Source: Protoeuglena noctilucae
Taxonomy: Eukaryota
Length of the DNA stretch: 64,000 nucleotides
Direction: 5' to 3'
Assembly: GCA_958009085.1 (NCBI GenBank)
Contig: OY253670.1
Coordinates: 1,302,001-1,366,000, forward strand
Positions 24,804 to 38,381 of this stretch are shown one piece after another (the first letter of the stretch is position 1; every line of letters starts with the position of its first letter). The notes under the pieces are model-generated. The model was not told the origin of the DNA. It did no database searches and saw only the letters and a program-made list of their open reading frames with translations. The translations under genes were made by a program, and so were the position numbers.

Positions 24804-26453
24804 CTAGCCTTCCCGCAACGCCTCCACCATGCACTGGTAGATGAATGCGTACTGATCGAGCCCCTGCACCATGCCGTCCCGCTGTTCCCTGAAGAAACGA
24901 AGTTGCGGCTCGCTGTCTGTCACGCTCAGCGCCCGCGCTGCGCTGGCCGCGACGATGGCCCCAATCGTCCTGGGCGGGCCTTGCCTGAGGTTTCGCACCA
25001 AGGCCGGCACGCCCACGGCACTTGCGACCGAGGATGTGTCGGCCGAGCCCGCCTCCGCCAGCAGGTCGAGCCGCCTCAGCGCGACGTCGACGGCGACGAA
25101 GGTGCCCGACCGCCCAATGCCCGCCGAGCAGTGCACGACCGGGCGGCAGTTGCTGGGCAGGTGCAGAGGGACCAGCTCTGCGGGAGGGGCCGCCGCGGGA
25201 GATGAGCGACGGGACCCCGCGTCGAAGTGCGTATGCGCCCCGGTCGCCGGCACCCACCACGCAGCCACCGGCACATGGCACGCATGGCCGTCGTGTCGGG
25301 TGGCACGCCGAAGTCGGGCCAGGAGCGCATGAATAAGTGATGAACGGTCACGGGGCTCCCTGCGAGACTCGACTGCACCTGCAGGACCCGCACCTCCACC
25401 CCCGGAGCCAGCGCGGCACATGACCTGGGGCGGCGTTGCGTCTCAGGCCTAAGCACGTCGCCCGCCGGGGCGGCCTCGCAGCCGAGGACAGCGCCTACTC
25501 ACTGCGTGTCGACGCGGAAGGTGGCGTCCCCGGCCGCGAAGGTCTTGCTGCCCCCCGCCTTTTCGGCAAAGTAAGCCCAGCACTTGGCCTTGGCTCCCTC
25601 GGCCACGGGCGTGAGCATCACCACCACGGGGCACTGCTGCTCGATCACCATGCGCCTGCGCAGAGGCGGGGGCGTGGACCTGGTCTGCGCGCGACGGGCA
25701 GGCAGGCAGCACGCGGCTATGCTCGCGGCGCCCGTCGTCACCAGAAATCCCCCGAGGTCCCTTCGAGGGGTCCCTGCGAGGCGATGTAGCCCCACTGCAC
25801 GCCCTGGAACTCCTGCGATATCAGCGACGCGTTGATGTACTGGCCATCGCCGAGGTGCACGCGGTTAAAGTCGTACGGGACGACGTTCGTGTAACGGTTC
25901 CTCCTGGCGTTCCCCGGCAGGGTTGCCGTCAGCGCCGGCAGCACCCGGTGTCGAAGCGCCTCATACTCTTCCTGCAGATGCGGCGCAGGTTGCGGGTGCG
26001 GGTCGCACGGATCGATCCACGCCTTTCTGTTGGGCATGCTCGGTTTGCGCTGGCTCACCGCGAGTTTCACCGCCGCACGGTCCTTGTGCGCACTCTGTAG
26101 ATGACGCTCGAGATATTCCAAAGCAGCCCTGCGCCCAATAGGTGCCGAGAAGCCAAAAGTGAGGGCGACTTTGCGCATAGTCGGGGGCCGCAGAGTGCGG
26201 AAGCGCTAAAAGCTTTTCCCCACCTGCTGATGCCAGCCTTCCCTCCGCGACTGAAGGTTTCTCCCATTGACCAGCGGTGCCGGGGACAAGGGAGGCCCTC
26301 GCCCCCACGGCACGTGCCGAAAAGTGGGACCTCTGGGAGCTTCTTGCACAGGTGCCGGAGATTGACACTGCGGGCGGCAGGCCTCGTCGTCGTCCCCACT
26401 GGCCCACCACACTGGGGCGGCCGCTGGCTTTGTGGTCCCTCAGCATCGGCCAT
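24804..26453 (-). CDS. Classical protein tyrosine phosphatase (plant PTP1-like); start 26453 or 26178
   Basis: RNRYTNVVPYD, YINAS, YIASQGP, WPDFGVP, VHCSAGIGRSG. The Q-loop LREQRDGMVQ is formed by GC-AG intron 24889-24984. Confidence 0.9.
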
Positions 26454-26590
26454 CGCGTCGCCCAAGGAGTCTGGCAGTGCTTGTTCGTGAAATCGGGTCC
26501 ACGGTCATTGCTGTCTTGCTAAGCGTGCCGCATGCGGGTTAGGGGACAGGGGGACTAGCCGTGGGTGGCTCCGCTGCCGAAGCCGGCCTC

Positions 26591-29500
26591 ATGACGCCCC
26601 AGGATCTCGATGCCGCGGTGGCGTTTTGGCGCGCGGCCGACGTGGCTTCTCTCCAGGAGGAGCTACGTCGTGCACAAGAGGCGGCGGAGAATGCACGTGC
26701 AGCAAGCACCGACTCGCGGCGAGAGCTCGCGGAAGCGACCCGCAGTTTCAAGGCTCTGGACCGAGCTGAACAGACGCGAAGCACTTTCCGACTTGTGCAA
26801 CGCTACCAACGCGAGGTAGATGCCTTGACGGATCGCGCTACCAACGCGGAGAAGTTCTTGTTCGAAGCCTGCAAGCGCCTCGCGAGGGCCCCGGACCCTG
26901 CAGTCGCGCTGGCACGAGCCGCGGAGGACGCCGCTGTGTTGAGGTGCGTGGCGATGCGACGGGGCGCATTTTTGTGGTTACGTGTGCGATGAGGGTCCAA
27001 GGCCCTGCGTACGTGCTTGCAGGAGACGGGCAAATGGCACGCCCGAGTCATCCGAGTTGGCGCAGCTGCGCCGCAAGTGTCAGAAAATGGAGCGGGAGCT
27101 GGCCGAGTGGGAGGAGGAGTCGAAGAGTATCAAGAACCAGGGCCACGTGATTAGGCGAGTGAGCGCTGGCAGGGCTGTTCAGTGAAGGTGTCTGCGGGGC
27201 GCCTGGGAACCCGAGCCGCAGCCTGCGTTCGGCTGTCTCAGGAAGCTTGAGGAGCGAGTGGCGCTGCTGGAGCGGGAGCTGGAGGAGCGGGACCGGGAGG
27301 CGGCCGAGAGGGATGCAGCGGGGGAGGCAGGCGGTCGAGAGGTGAGCTGAGGATGGTGGATGGGAAACCCATAAATGGCTACCAGGGAAGAGCGCCGAAC
27401 GGGGCAGGGAGGGTCGCTCTGTAACCGCTGGCCTGCTTGCAAGCGGCAGAGCTGCTTGTTGTGCTTGTCCCCTCCAAGCCTCGAGGCTCTCCTGCCGTGG
27501 CTGCAGGCAGAAGAGGCGCTTCGGCGCGTGGCGGAGGCGGAGGCGGAGGCGGCGCAGTGCCGGGCGCGGGTGCAGGAGCTGCGGGCGGCCGTGGCCATGG
27601 CGGAGGCGGAGGCGATGCGCGCGCGCCAGGAGCGGGACGCGGTGGAGGCGGCCAGGGCACACGCCGCCGAGGTGGAGGCGGCGGCGCTCGAGGAGGCAGA
27701 GGTGAGCGGGGGCGGGGCGGCGGGAGCGTGGCGTGGCTACCAGACAGGTGTATGTGCATATGGCATATGTGGCTGTCGTTATGGATGACAGACACCCGCT
27801 CGTGACACCCGCCCTGCAGCGCCGGTTGCGGCTGGCGGAGGCTGCGAACGAGGATCTCCGGGCGCGACTGGCGGCCGCGGGAACCAGCGGCCCTTCAGGG
27901 AGCGTGGCGACAGGGAGCTCAGCCGCCGCGGCGGAGCTGGCGGCAGCGACGGAGGCCCGGAGGCGATTGGAGGCTGAGGTGAGGACGCTGCTGGTGCTGC
28001 TATGTCGATGGCTGCATGTCGTGTTTGTGCTGCGTAGGTGTGGCCCCAATGGCGGGTGACATGGGCGGCGTGTGGGTTTGCCCTCTGCAGTTGCAAGCGG
28101 AGAGGGGCCGGGCGGCGATGGCCGAGGCGCAGCTGCGGGAGGCGGATGCCAAGTGTGCCTCGCGGGTCGCTGACCTGGAGGACCGGTGCGCTCGGATGGC
28201 GGAGGAGCTGGCGAGGAGCGCGGGGCCGGACGAGGTGGCGCGTCTGCGGGGGAGGGTGCGGGAGCTGGAGGGGACGGTGCGGGCGCATCTGGGGGGTGCG
28301 GGGAGCGAGGAAAGCGGGGAGGAGGGCCAGGGGGAGGGGGCAGGCGTGCACGTGGAACGGCTGCTGGCAGAGGTGAGCGAGGATGCAGGCCGTGTAGGTT
28401 GCAGGGCAGGCACGCAGACTTGCCTGTGGCTCTTGCAACAGACAGTCTTGCGTCCGCCCTGTGCAGAAGTGCCGGCGCCTGGAGTCGGCCCTGACGCAGG
28501 TGCGGGAGGAGCTAGCGCAGGCGCAGGAGCGGGCCCAGCGGGCCGAGGGTGCTGCGAAGAGCGCGGAGGTGAGAAGCGAAGAGAGGTCTTGAGCGTCTCT
28601 ATCCGGGTTTTCAGGACAAGTTTCAATAAGCAAAGGTGGCACCCGTGGGTCATACGCGCCCTGCTGCCACCGTCGCAGGCGCGCAATGCGTCACTGTCGC
28701 GGGAGCTGGCGTCGGCACACGCGGAGCTGGAGGCGGCGCAGAGGGCCCTGGCGGAGACTGTCGGGGCAACTGGGCCCGGGAACGAGGGGGCAGGCGAGGG
28801 TGCACGCGTGCAGGGGCCTGCAAGCCACGCAGCATGCTGTGAAAGGCGGTGGTGGGGCTGTGATAGAGGTCTACCTGGGGACCTCTTACGGAGCTCTTAA
28901 GCCCACATGTCGCCTCTCGCCCTTCCAGGTGCCCTGTCCCCCGCGCCTCCCTCTCCGACCCCCTTAACCTCCCCCGCGCCCCCCGGCAGCGACGCTCTGG
29001 TCGCGGCCCTATCCGGCCAACGCGACCGCCTGCGCCGTCGCGTGGGTCAGCTAGAGGCCGCCGAGGCACATCTCCAGGCAGAGGTGCACCGGCTGACTGG
29101 CGAGGCGGAGGAGCTGCGGAGGGAGAATGTGGCTTTGGTGGAGCGCATGCGGTTCGTGGAGCAGTACGGGCGGGGGAGGAGGTGAGAGGAGGATGCGGGG
29201 CACGCATGGCGTGCGGGACCCACCACTGCTGCGATTCGACTGCCAGCTTCCAGGCGTCGCTGCTTGAGCTGTCAGCATTGTGCCGTGTGGCAGATGCACG
29301 CCCGCGCATTGACCGCGCAGGCAGGGCCCGGGGTCGCTCCGAGGGGACCTGGAGAGCGGTGCGGCGCCCGATGCTGTCGCGGTGGTCCACAAGTACGCCA
29401 GGCAGCTGGACAGCAGCATCGACCCTTTCCAGGAGTTCCGGAGCAAGCTGCGGCGGCAGAAGCTGACGCAGCTGGGGGTGCCGGACCGCACCCTTCACCG

Positions 29501-29819
29501 CATCGGGCTGCTCATCGTCGACAGCGCCCCGGTGCGCCTCTTCGCGTTCGGCTACCTCGTGGTCCTCCATCTCATCGGTGCGGGATGCCGAGTGGGCGTG
29601 CGGGTGTGGCTGACGCTTAAGATGCCACCCTGGGTACCTTACAGACTGCTGCCCTGTTTCCCTGTCCTCGCAGTCACGGTCGTACTGCTGCGCCTGTCCG
29701 GCGGGATCCTCTGGCATATCCACACAAACGACTGGCACTCGCTGCACCGCGACGAGATCGGCAGCCAGTTCGAGCGGACGCAGCCGACCCAGGGAGCCAC
29801 GCTGTGCCTGTCTATCTAG
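26591..29819 (+). CDS. CASP: CASP / CUX1-N-terminal golgin (Coy1-like) with C-terminal transmembrane anchor
   Basis: N-terminal YQREVDALTDR..AE..F....LARAPDP, long coiled coil, LSGQRDRLR, LRRENVALVERMRFV, YARQLD..DPFQEF, FAFGYLVVLHL (Tyr/His TM motif). GC-AG intron 27155-27241. Confidence 0.85.
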
Positions 29820-29960
29820 GAAGCGTGATGGTACATGAACGCGTGCAGGGTCCATGCGTGTCATTGAACCGCAGATGCAGCGGATCATTTCATCTAAATG
29901 CTTATGAGGCGCAGAGTTGGTGCTAGCGTAACCTACTTGGACACCCAAGCAGGGCGCATG

Positions 29961-32454
29961 CTAGCTGTCATCCACAAGCGCTCCCTGCGCAGGCCCCTCC
30001 TGCATCGCCGACTGCCGGAGGTACGCCTGCAGAAGCCACGGTGGTACCGCATGGAATTTGAGCTGCAATAGCCATTGCGTGGTAGCCAGGCTGTTGCAAA
30101 AAGCAAACCCTCATCACCGAGCCACAGCTGCAGCCCACACACCTGGAGGAAGGCGTCAATGCCACCGTCCAGCACCGCCTGCACATCTGACGTCTGCACG
30201 CCCGTGCGCACGTCCTTGACGAGCTTGTAAGGGTGCTGCGGGGGATGGGCAGGGTAGCGACGGCTGACACTCGCACAGCGAGACAAAGCAGCCCTCGCGG
30301 CCGTGGCTGCGGCCATGCCAATTAAGGGACACCGAGCTATGTAGAGACGGCCAGGGCATGGGATCAGAGGTCGCTTTGCAAGTCATGCCGCACCTGCACG
30401 TAGTTGCGGATCTGCTGCCCCCACTCCGCCTTGACCAAGTCCCCACGGATGTCGGCAATCTCCTTGGCCCGCTGCTCCTGCGGGGCAGAGCAAGCAGCCA
30501 CGGGGCAGCGTCCAGGCAGGCAGCGGACCCCATCCCCAGACACGCCCGCCGCTGTCAGGCAGCCCTCACTTGCGCGATGACCGCCAGCTTGGCCTTGAGG
30601 TACGCCAGGGCTCGCTTCTTGTTCTCAACCTGCGTGCGCGCCTCCGCGCACCGCACCGTCACCCCGGTCGGCAGGTGCTTGATCCGGACGGCTGTCTCGA
30701 CCTTGTTCACGTTCTGTGAGGCAGAGATGCACGAGCGATGGCACGCTGGGCGAGGGCCGAGCTCGCCACGGCGCACAGCCCACGCAACAGCCACGGGACC
30801 GTCTCACAGACGCCCGCGTGCCCGGGCTCTGCCACCCTCGCACTCGCCTGCCCGCCCGCTCCTCCTGCCCGCATCGTCGTGATCTCCAAGTCACCCTCGG
30901 GAACCTCAATCGCCCCGGCCGCATTGTCATCCAGCAGGGGCATGACCTCCACGCCCGCGAAGGACGTCTCCCGGGTCCCCGTGTTCTTCAGAGGGTTCGT
31001 CCGCACCAGGCGGTGCGTCCCCTTCTCGCCCTTGAGCAGCCCGTACGCGAAGCGACCGCGCACCTCGAACTCTGCGGCCACAGCGGGGCGCTCTCAGGAA
31101 TGCGCCTGGGGCCGAGCAGGGTCCACAGGGCGAGTCGTTGCAGGGTAAGCGACACGCAGCACTCGCTTGGAGTTGCGTGGCCCCTCACCGGAGCTCTTGA
31201 TGCCCGCCCCCTCGCCCTCGGAGCGCACCAGCGTCTGCACCTGAAAGCCACGACGCTTGGCCCACTGCGCGCTTGGAGAGCAGCGCCTACTCTCACTCCT
31301 CGCAGCTGAGAATGGCTCACGCATGCAGAACGCCACACCGACCCGCACCTGCCCGGCCTTCGCGATCACCTGCTGGTACATGCGCTCGACCATCTCGGCC
31401 CAGTCCTGGGCGTCCAGCCCCCCCACGCCGGCATTGACCGTCACCACCGCGTCCGACTCGTCAAAGGGGCCCCCAAGCACCTTCTGCAGCTCCACCTCGT
31501 CCACCAACTCCGCCAACCGCTGGGACAGCTCCGAAGCCTCCCTGAGAGAAAGCGCGAACGGTACCATTGGATGACTGGCAGGGCGCCCGGTGTACCGTGG
31601 GTCATGCCAGCCACGCGCTGCTCGCCGGAGGAAGTCGGCGCGTTCCTGCTCGTCCACGTCGGCAGACTCGGCGAGCTCAATGGCCGCCGCGAGGTCCCCT
31701 GCGTGCCGCGAAGCAGGCGGCAGACGCTTCACAAGGCGCGCATGTGGGGCGGCCCCATGGTACCTCCTTCTCTGCCTCACCGTCCAAAGCAGCGAGTTGC
31801 TCGGCCTTGGCCAGGTCCGCCTTGACCCCGGACGTCCGCTGGAGCAGCGCCCGCGCCTCGTCCGGCGCTTCCCACAGCGCAGGGTCCGCGGCCTGCGCAC
31901 GCGCACCATGGCGAGGCGTGGCACGCAGGTAGTATCCCACGGGCAAAGCGCTCTTGCGGCGAGGAGAATGACGAGCGCGCCACCATCGGTGGCTCTCACC
32001 TTGGCCTCCAGGGCCTGCAGCGTCTGGCAAAGGCCGTCGACCTTCAGCACGTCCAGGCACGTCTGCACGCGGTGCCCCAGCTCCGCGTGGGCAGCCTGCG
32101 GCCACCAGAGCGTGCGGGGTTCCCATGGCGGCCCTTCATCACTCCCAGACCGCGCGATCGTGTCGCGCAGGAGCCCCTCGCCTTCACCGAGGCGAGCGTG
32201 TCGAACGCGCTGGCCGTGGGCGAGGTCGATGCCTGGCAAGTGAGCGACCTTGGACGGGAGCACGGGCAAGAGTATTCAACGAGGGCCCCGGGAGCCGAGG
32301 CGCGCCCCGCGTAGGGACTCCATGTCGGGAGCATCGGCGGGCGGCACGCCGCCAAGGGCACCCCGTGGACGCAGGCGGGGATGGCCGCGAGAGCGCTTCG
32401 GCGGAATCGCGTGGCGAAGGCTGACAGAGACATCACGCTCCAGGAAACGCTCAT
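29961..32454 (-). CDS. prfB: Organellar (probably plastid) peptide chain release factor 2 with an atypical codon-recognition loop; 10 exons
   Basis: Transit-peptide-like N-terminus; AGVGGLDAQDWAEM, GIKS, YGLLKGEKGTHRLVR, TSFAGVEVMP, RAGGAGGQNVNKVETAVR, EWGQQIRNYV.HPY, VLDGGID. GC-AG introns 30714-30847, 31542-31625 and 32096-32181. Confidence 0.92.
30714..30847 (-). other. GC-AG intron immediately after the GGQ catalytic motif of RF2
   Basis: CAG|GCGAGT...TCACAG|AAC; its removal is required to give GGQ-NVNK. Confidence 0.9.
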
Positions 32455-32762
32455 CGCGGGACCATCGACACTGCCACGACACGCGACTCTCTCCGCGAAG
32501 CAAAAGCACCTGTCTGGCCGCTCCCGTGGGCGTGCGGACGCGACCTGACGCCGCACTCGGCGCGAATCTACCCCCCGCGATGGCCGGGGCGACGCAGGGG
32601 CGTCGCGCGGTGCGGATGGCGGTGCCAGTCCAAGCGTGTCAGCGAGGCGCATGCGTCCGGCGAACCGCCCGCGCGCCCTGCCGCCACCTGCCAGTCCGCA
32701 GATCGCCCTCGTGTCCATCTCGCGCGGCCGGGTGCAGTTGGGGCCGAGATATGCAGGGCGCG

Positions 32763-34835
<2,073 letters not shown>

Positions 34836-35072
34836 GCGCCTCGCCTGCGCACCCAGTCCAGGCCCAGCTGGGCGCCCCCGTGTGTCTGGCGGGAAGGCAC
34901 TCCGCCTGCGTGTCCGTAACCGCCCTTTGCTAGACGCCTAGGTCCCTCTTGAAGGGCGAACGGATAGGGAGGCCCGTACTGCTCCATGCTACGCTTCAAC
35001 AGGACGTTCGGCACTCGGTCATGCACTCACAGCCCGGGGCGGCCAGCGCCTCCCTAGGTCGCGCGGCTGCGC

Positions 35073-36657
35073 TCAGTTGCGCTTGGCGGTGTTGGGCTTG
35101 AGCCCGGGCGTGAAGGGCTCCAAGGGCTTGACGAAGCGCGACCCCCGCGATCCGTCGTCCGTCTCGTCGTCGCCCCACGCCACGTACTCCTCCCGCGTCT
35201 GCGGAGGCCACGGCGTCGGCTCGGCGTCGTCCCAAGCTCACCACGCACACCCAGAACCGATGGAGCCAGACCCGAGCCCCCCCACCCACCTTGGGGAACT
35301 TGCGCGTGTCGCCCTCGATCTTGAACGTGGCGTCGTCGCCGCCAATGATGGAATCGATCAGGCCGTACGACTTGGCCTCCACCGGGGACATGTACCTGCG
35401 CACGCCACCCGATGGTGCCTCCCATGCCTCGTTCACTTCCCTACAGAGGCGCGCATTGCTTAGTCTCTGACGCGTCGCTCACCTGTCGCGGTCCGTGTCC
35501 TCCTCGATCTTCTCCACGGGCTGCCCCGTGTACCCCGCCATGATCCGGTTCAGGTTCGCCTTGTGGTACATGATCTCGCGGGCCTGGATCTCAATGTCCA
35601 CCGCCGCACCCGAAGCGCCGCCCAGGGGCTGGTGGATCATGATGCGCGCGTTCGGCATCGACGACCGCTTGCCCTTGGTGCCCGCGCCCAGCAGGAAGGC
35701 GCCCATGGAGGCGGCCAGGCCGAAGCTGCGGGCGGGGTGGGAAGACGTCTCTTCAAGGCTGAGCTGACGCAGACGGTGGGCCACCCAGCGGCGGCACGGG
35801 CGCCCCGCTCCTACGCCCACTCACCACACCGTCTGGACGTCCGCGCGGCACATCATCATGGCGTCGTAAATGCCCATGCCGGCCGTCACGGAACCCCCCG
35901 GGGAGTTGATGAAGAGCTTGATGTCCTTCTTCGGGTCCTGCGCGTCCAGCAACAGCAGCTGCGACACGACCGCGTCCGCAGAAAAGTCGTTCACCTCGCC
36001 TCCCAGGAAGATGATGCGCTGCGGGCCCAGGATAGGCCGGGGGAGCTCGCCACCTCTGCCTGCGCCCCGCCAGCGCGCCACGCCGCGCGATGGGCCGCAG
36101 GCGCTCGCAATCGAGCGCTCACCTGCTTCAAAAGAAGGCCCATGGGGTCGCCGTAGGCGTCGTTCGTCCTGAGGGCACGGGAGGGGGGGGCGGGGAAGTA
36201 GGAGGCTGTCGCCCACTCCCGGGCAGGCGATCCAAGCGGGGGCAGGGTCGTCTGGCAGACGAGCATGCAGTGGTCACGTACGCCCGAGAGAGCCAGGAGC
36301 CGGAGGACGAGCACCACGGGACGAGAGCTCGGTCGCGTGCCCGCGCCTCGCGCGAGCGACCCTGTGCTGCCGAGGCCCCGCCGATCCCGTCTGCCCCCGG
36401 GGTTCACCAAGGGCTATCGACGCACGGAGTCGCCACGACCGGGGCCGCCCGGCGCGCGGCCGGCCGGAGGATAATTGCTTGGCAGCCCACCTGGGCGAGA
36501 CGACCGGCTGCGCGGCGCGCACGATCGACAGATCCCGGTCGAAGTCCCCCACAGCACGAACCGAAACATGACGCCGGACCGGGAGAGCAGGGCGGGCCGG
36601 GCGAGCCGCCGCGCTGCTGGAGCAGCAGGCCCCGAGGGAGGCGCGCTGCGCGTTCAT
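35073..36657 (-). CDS. clpP: Nuclear-encoded plastid ATP-dependent Clp protease proteolytic subunit; 6 exons
   Basis: Transit peptide, [18 protein letters not shown], catalytic [15 protein letters not shown] and DTDRD. All five introns GT-AG. Confidence 0.93.
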
Positions 36658-36927
36658 GGCTCTACAAGCGACGGCAGGCCATCCCTTGCGTCCAGAATCG
36701 GCACTTGTGCGCGCGGGGGGGCCGTCTCGGCGAGCGGGGGGCTCGCAAAATCATTCTGACATCTGACAACGATTAAAAAGGCCTTCCTCCGCTCTCGACA
36801 GACCACCGCGGGACATTTCGATGCGTTGATGCGGCGGCTCGCGTCAGCGGCGCCAGGGTCCGCGGTCAGGACCCGGAGCGTGAGAGGAGAGGCACGCGCG
36901 TAACTGGGGAGCAGCACCGGGGCCACG

Positions 36928-38100
36928 ATGGCGCTGGTGAGCCTGACTGTCGTCGAGACTTCAAGCATATCGCAGTGGCATGGCAGGGCGCCAGCTCTCG
37001 CTCAGCCCTCGGCGCCGTTTCACTCAGCTTACGAGCAAAAGTGCGCCCCGCTGCCACGGACTCCTCGAATTACGCGATCCCTTGTGACGTCCGTCTGAAG
37101 ATGCTGCCGATGGAGCCGATGATGAACCCGGCTCGCACCGCGCCTTCGCTGCCAGCGGCCAGGGGCACGGTCAACAACGGCCTGCGCTTCGCCTCCCCGT
37201 CCCACAGGACGTCAAGGTGATCCGAGACCTCGCGAAGGAGCTTGCGGAACTTCAGCAGAGCCCCGTGGAGGGGGTCCGCGTGGAGTTGAACGAGGAAAAT
37301 GTGGCCGACATCCGTGCCGAGCTGCAGGGCCCAGGTGGGGGGCGCCGGGGGCTGGCAGGTCTCCGCGACGAGCAGAGAGCTGCCTTGTTCTTCTCCTCGC
37401 TGCTTGTGTCCCTAGTCACGCCGTCCGGCCCCTCGCGTCGCAGCGGGGACCCCTTTTGAGGGTGGCGTGTTCCGCATGCGGCTCGAACTCGACGGCCAGC
37501 ACCCCGCGGTGGCACCCAAGGGATTCTTCGAGACGAAGATCTTCCATCCCAACGTCTCGGCGACGGGGGAGATCTGCGTCAACGTGCTGAAGCGGGACTG
37601 GAAGCCAGACATGGGCGTCCGGCACATCCTGATGGTCATCCGGTGCCTTTTGATCGAGCCGAACCCGGACAGGCGAGACGCGTCGAGCGCTTCCATCGTC
37701 GCGAGTCGAGAGATGGCTCGCGTCCCTCATCAACCCCCCACGGCCGACGTATCTCCGCAGTGCATTGAATGAGGAGGCGGGGAAGCTTCTGTTGGAAGAC
37801 TATGAGGAGTTTGCGAGGCGTGCGAGGCTCATGACGAGCATTCACGCGCAGGTGCGGGTCGCGAGATGGAAGGGACTCGTTGCTTCTGTGGTGCGCTGTT
37901 TGCATGGCGTTTGCACGACAACCTGAGCACGAAGGACCCTCTTTGCCCCGCAGGCGCCGGGGAAGCAGCCGCTGACGGCGTCGGGGGCCAACGCCAACGC
38001 GAACAGTGCCGACTCCGGCAGTGGATCGCCCGCTGTCAAGAAGGCCAAGGGGGCGGCGGGGGCTGCCACCGCACGGCGCAAGGCGGCCAAGCGTCTTTGA
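36928..38100 (+). CDS. UBE2S: Ubiquitin-conjugating enzyme E2 S-like; 5 exons
   Basis: [54 protein letters not shown], basic tail ending AAKRL*. GC-AG intron 37673-37760. Confidence 0.9.
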
Positions 38101-38381
38101 GCAAATGGGTTCCTTGCCAAGTTAGATAGGTGTTCGCGGAGCCGAAAATAGAATATAGATGCGGCGTGCACGGCAGCTGCCCGCATAGGCTGAGGCGCAC
38201 ATAGGCACGTCGGTCATGCCGACGGCACCAGTGGCCAGCCACCTCTCTTCAAGCCACTCTCCATTCAACGACACACCCAGCGCAACGCACCCGCCCCTGC
38301 CCGCCCTCGCCCACCCCTCCACCCAAGCGCCGGCCCTCCCGCAGCTGGGACAAGCACCCACAACCCTGACCGCGTCGATGG

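Noticed and set aside
28794..28928. Additional GC donor in CASP (CAG|GCGAGG)
   Set aside because: A same-phase GT donor lies 6 nt downstream; ambiguous, so not counted.
29961..32454. Bacterial-type +1 programmed frameshift in prfB
   Set aside because: No CTT-TGA-C slippery site at the expected place; all frame changes are explained by introns.
37118..37207. Possible C/D snoRNA in UBE2S intron 1 (ATGATGA)
   Set aside because: No downstream CTGA D box within the intron.
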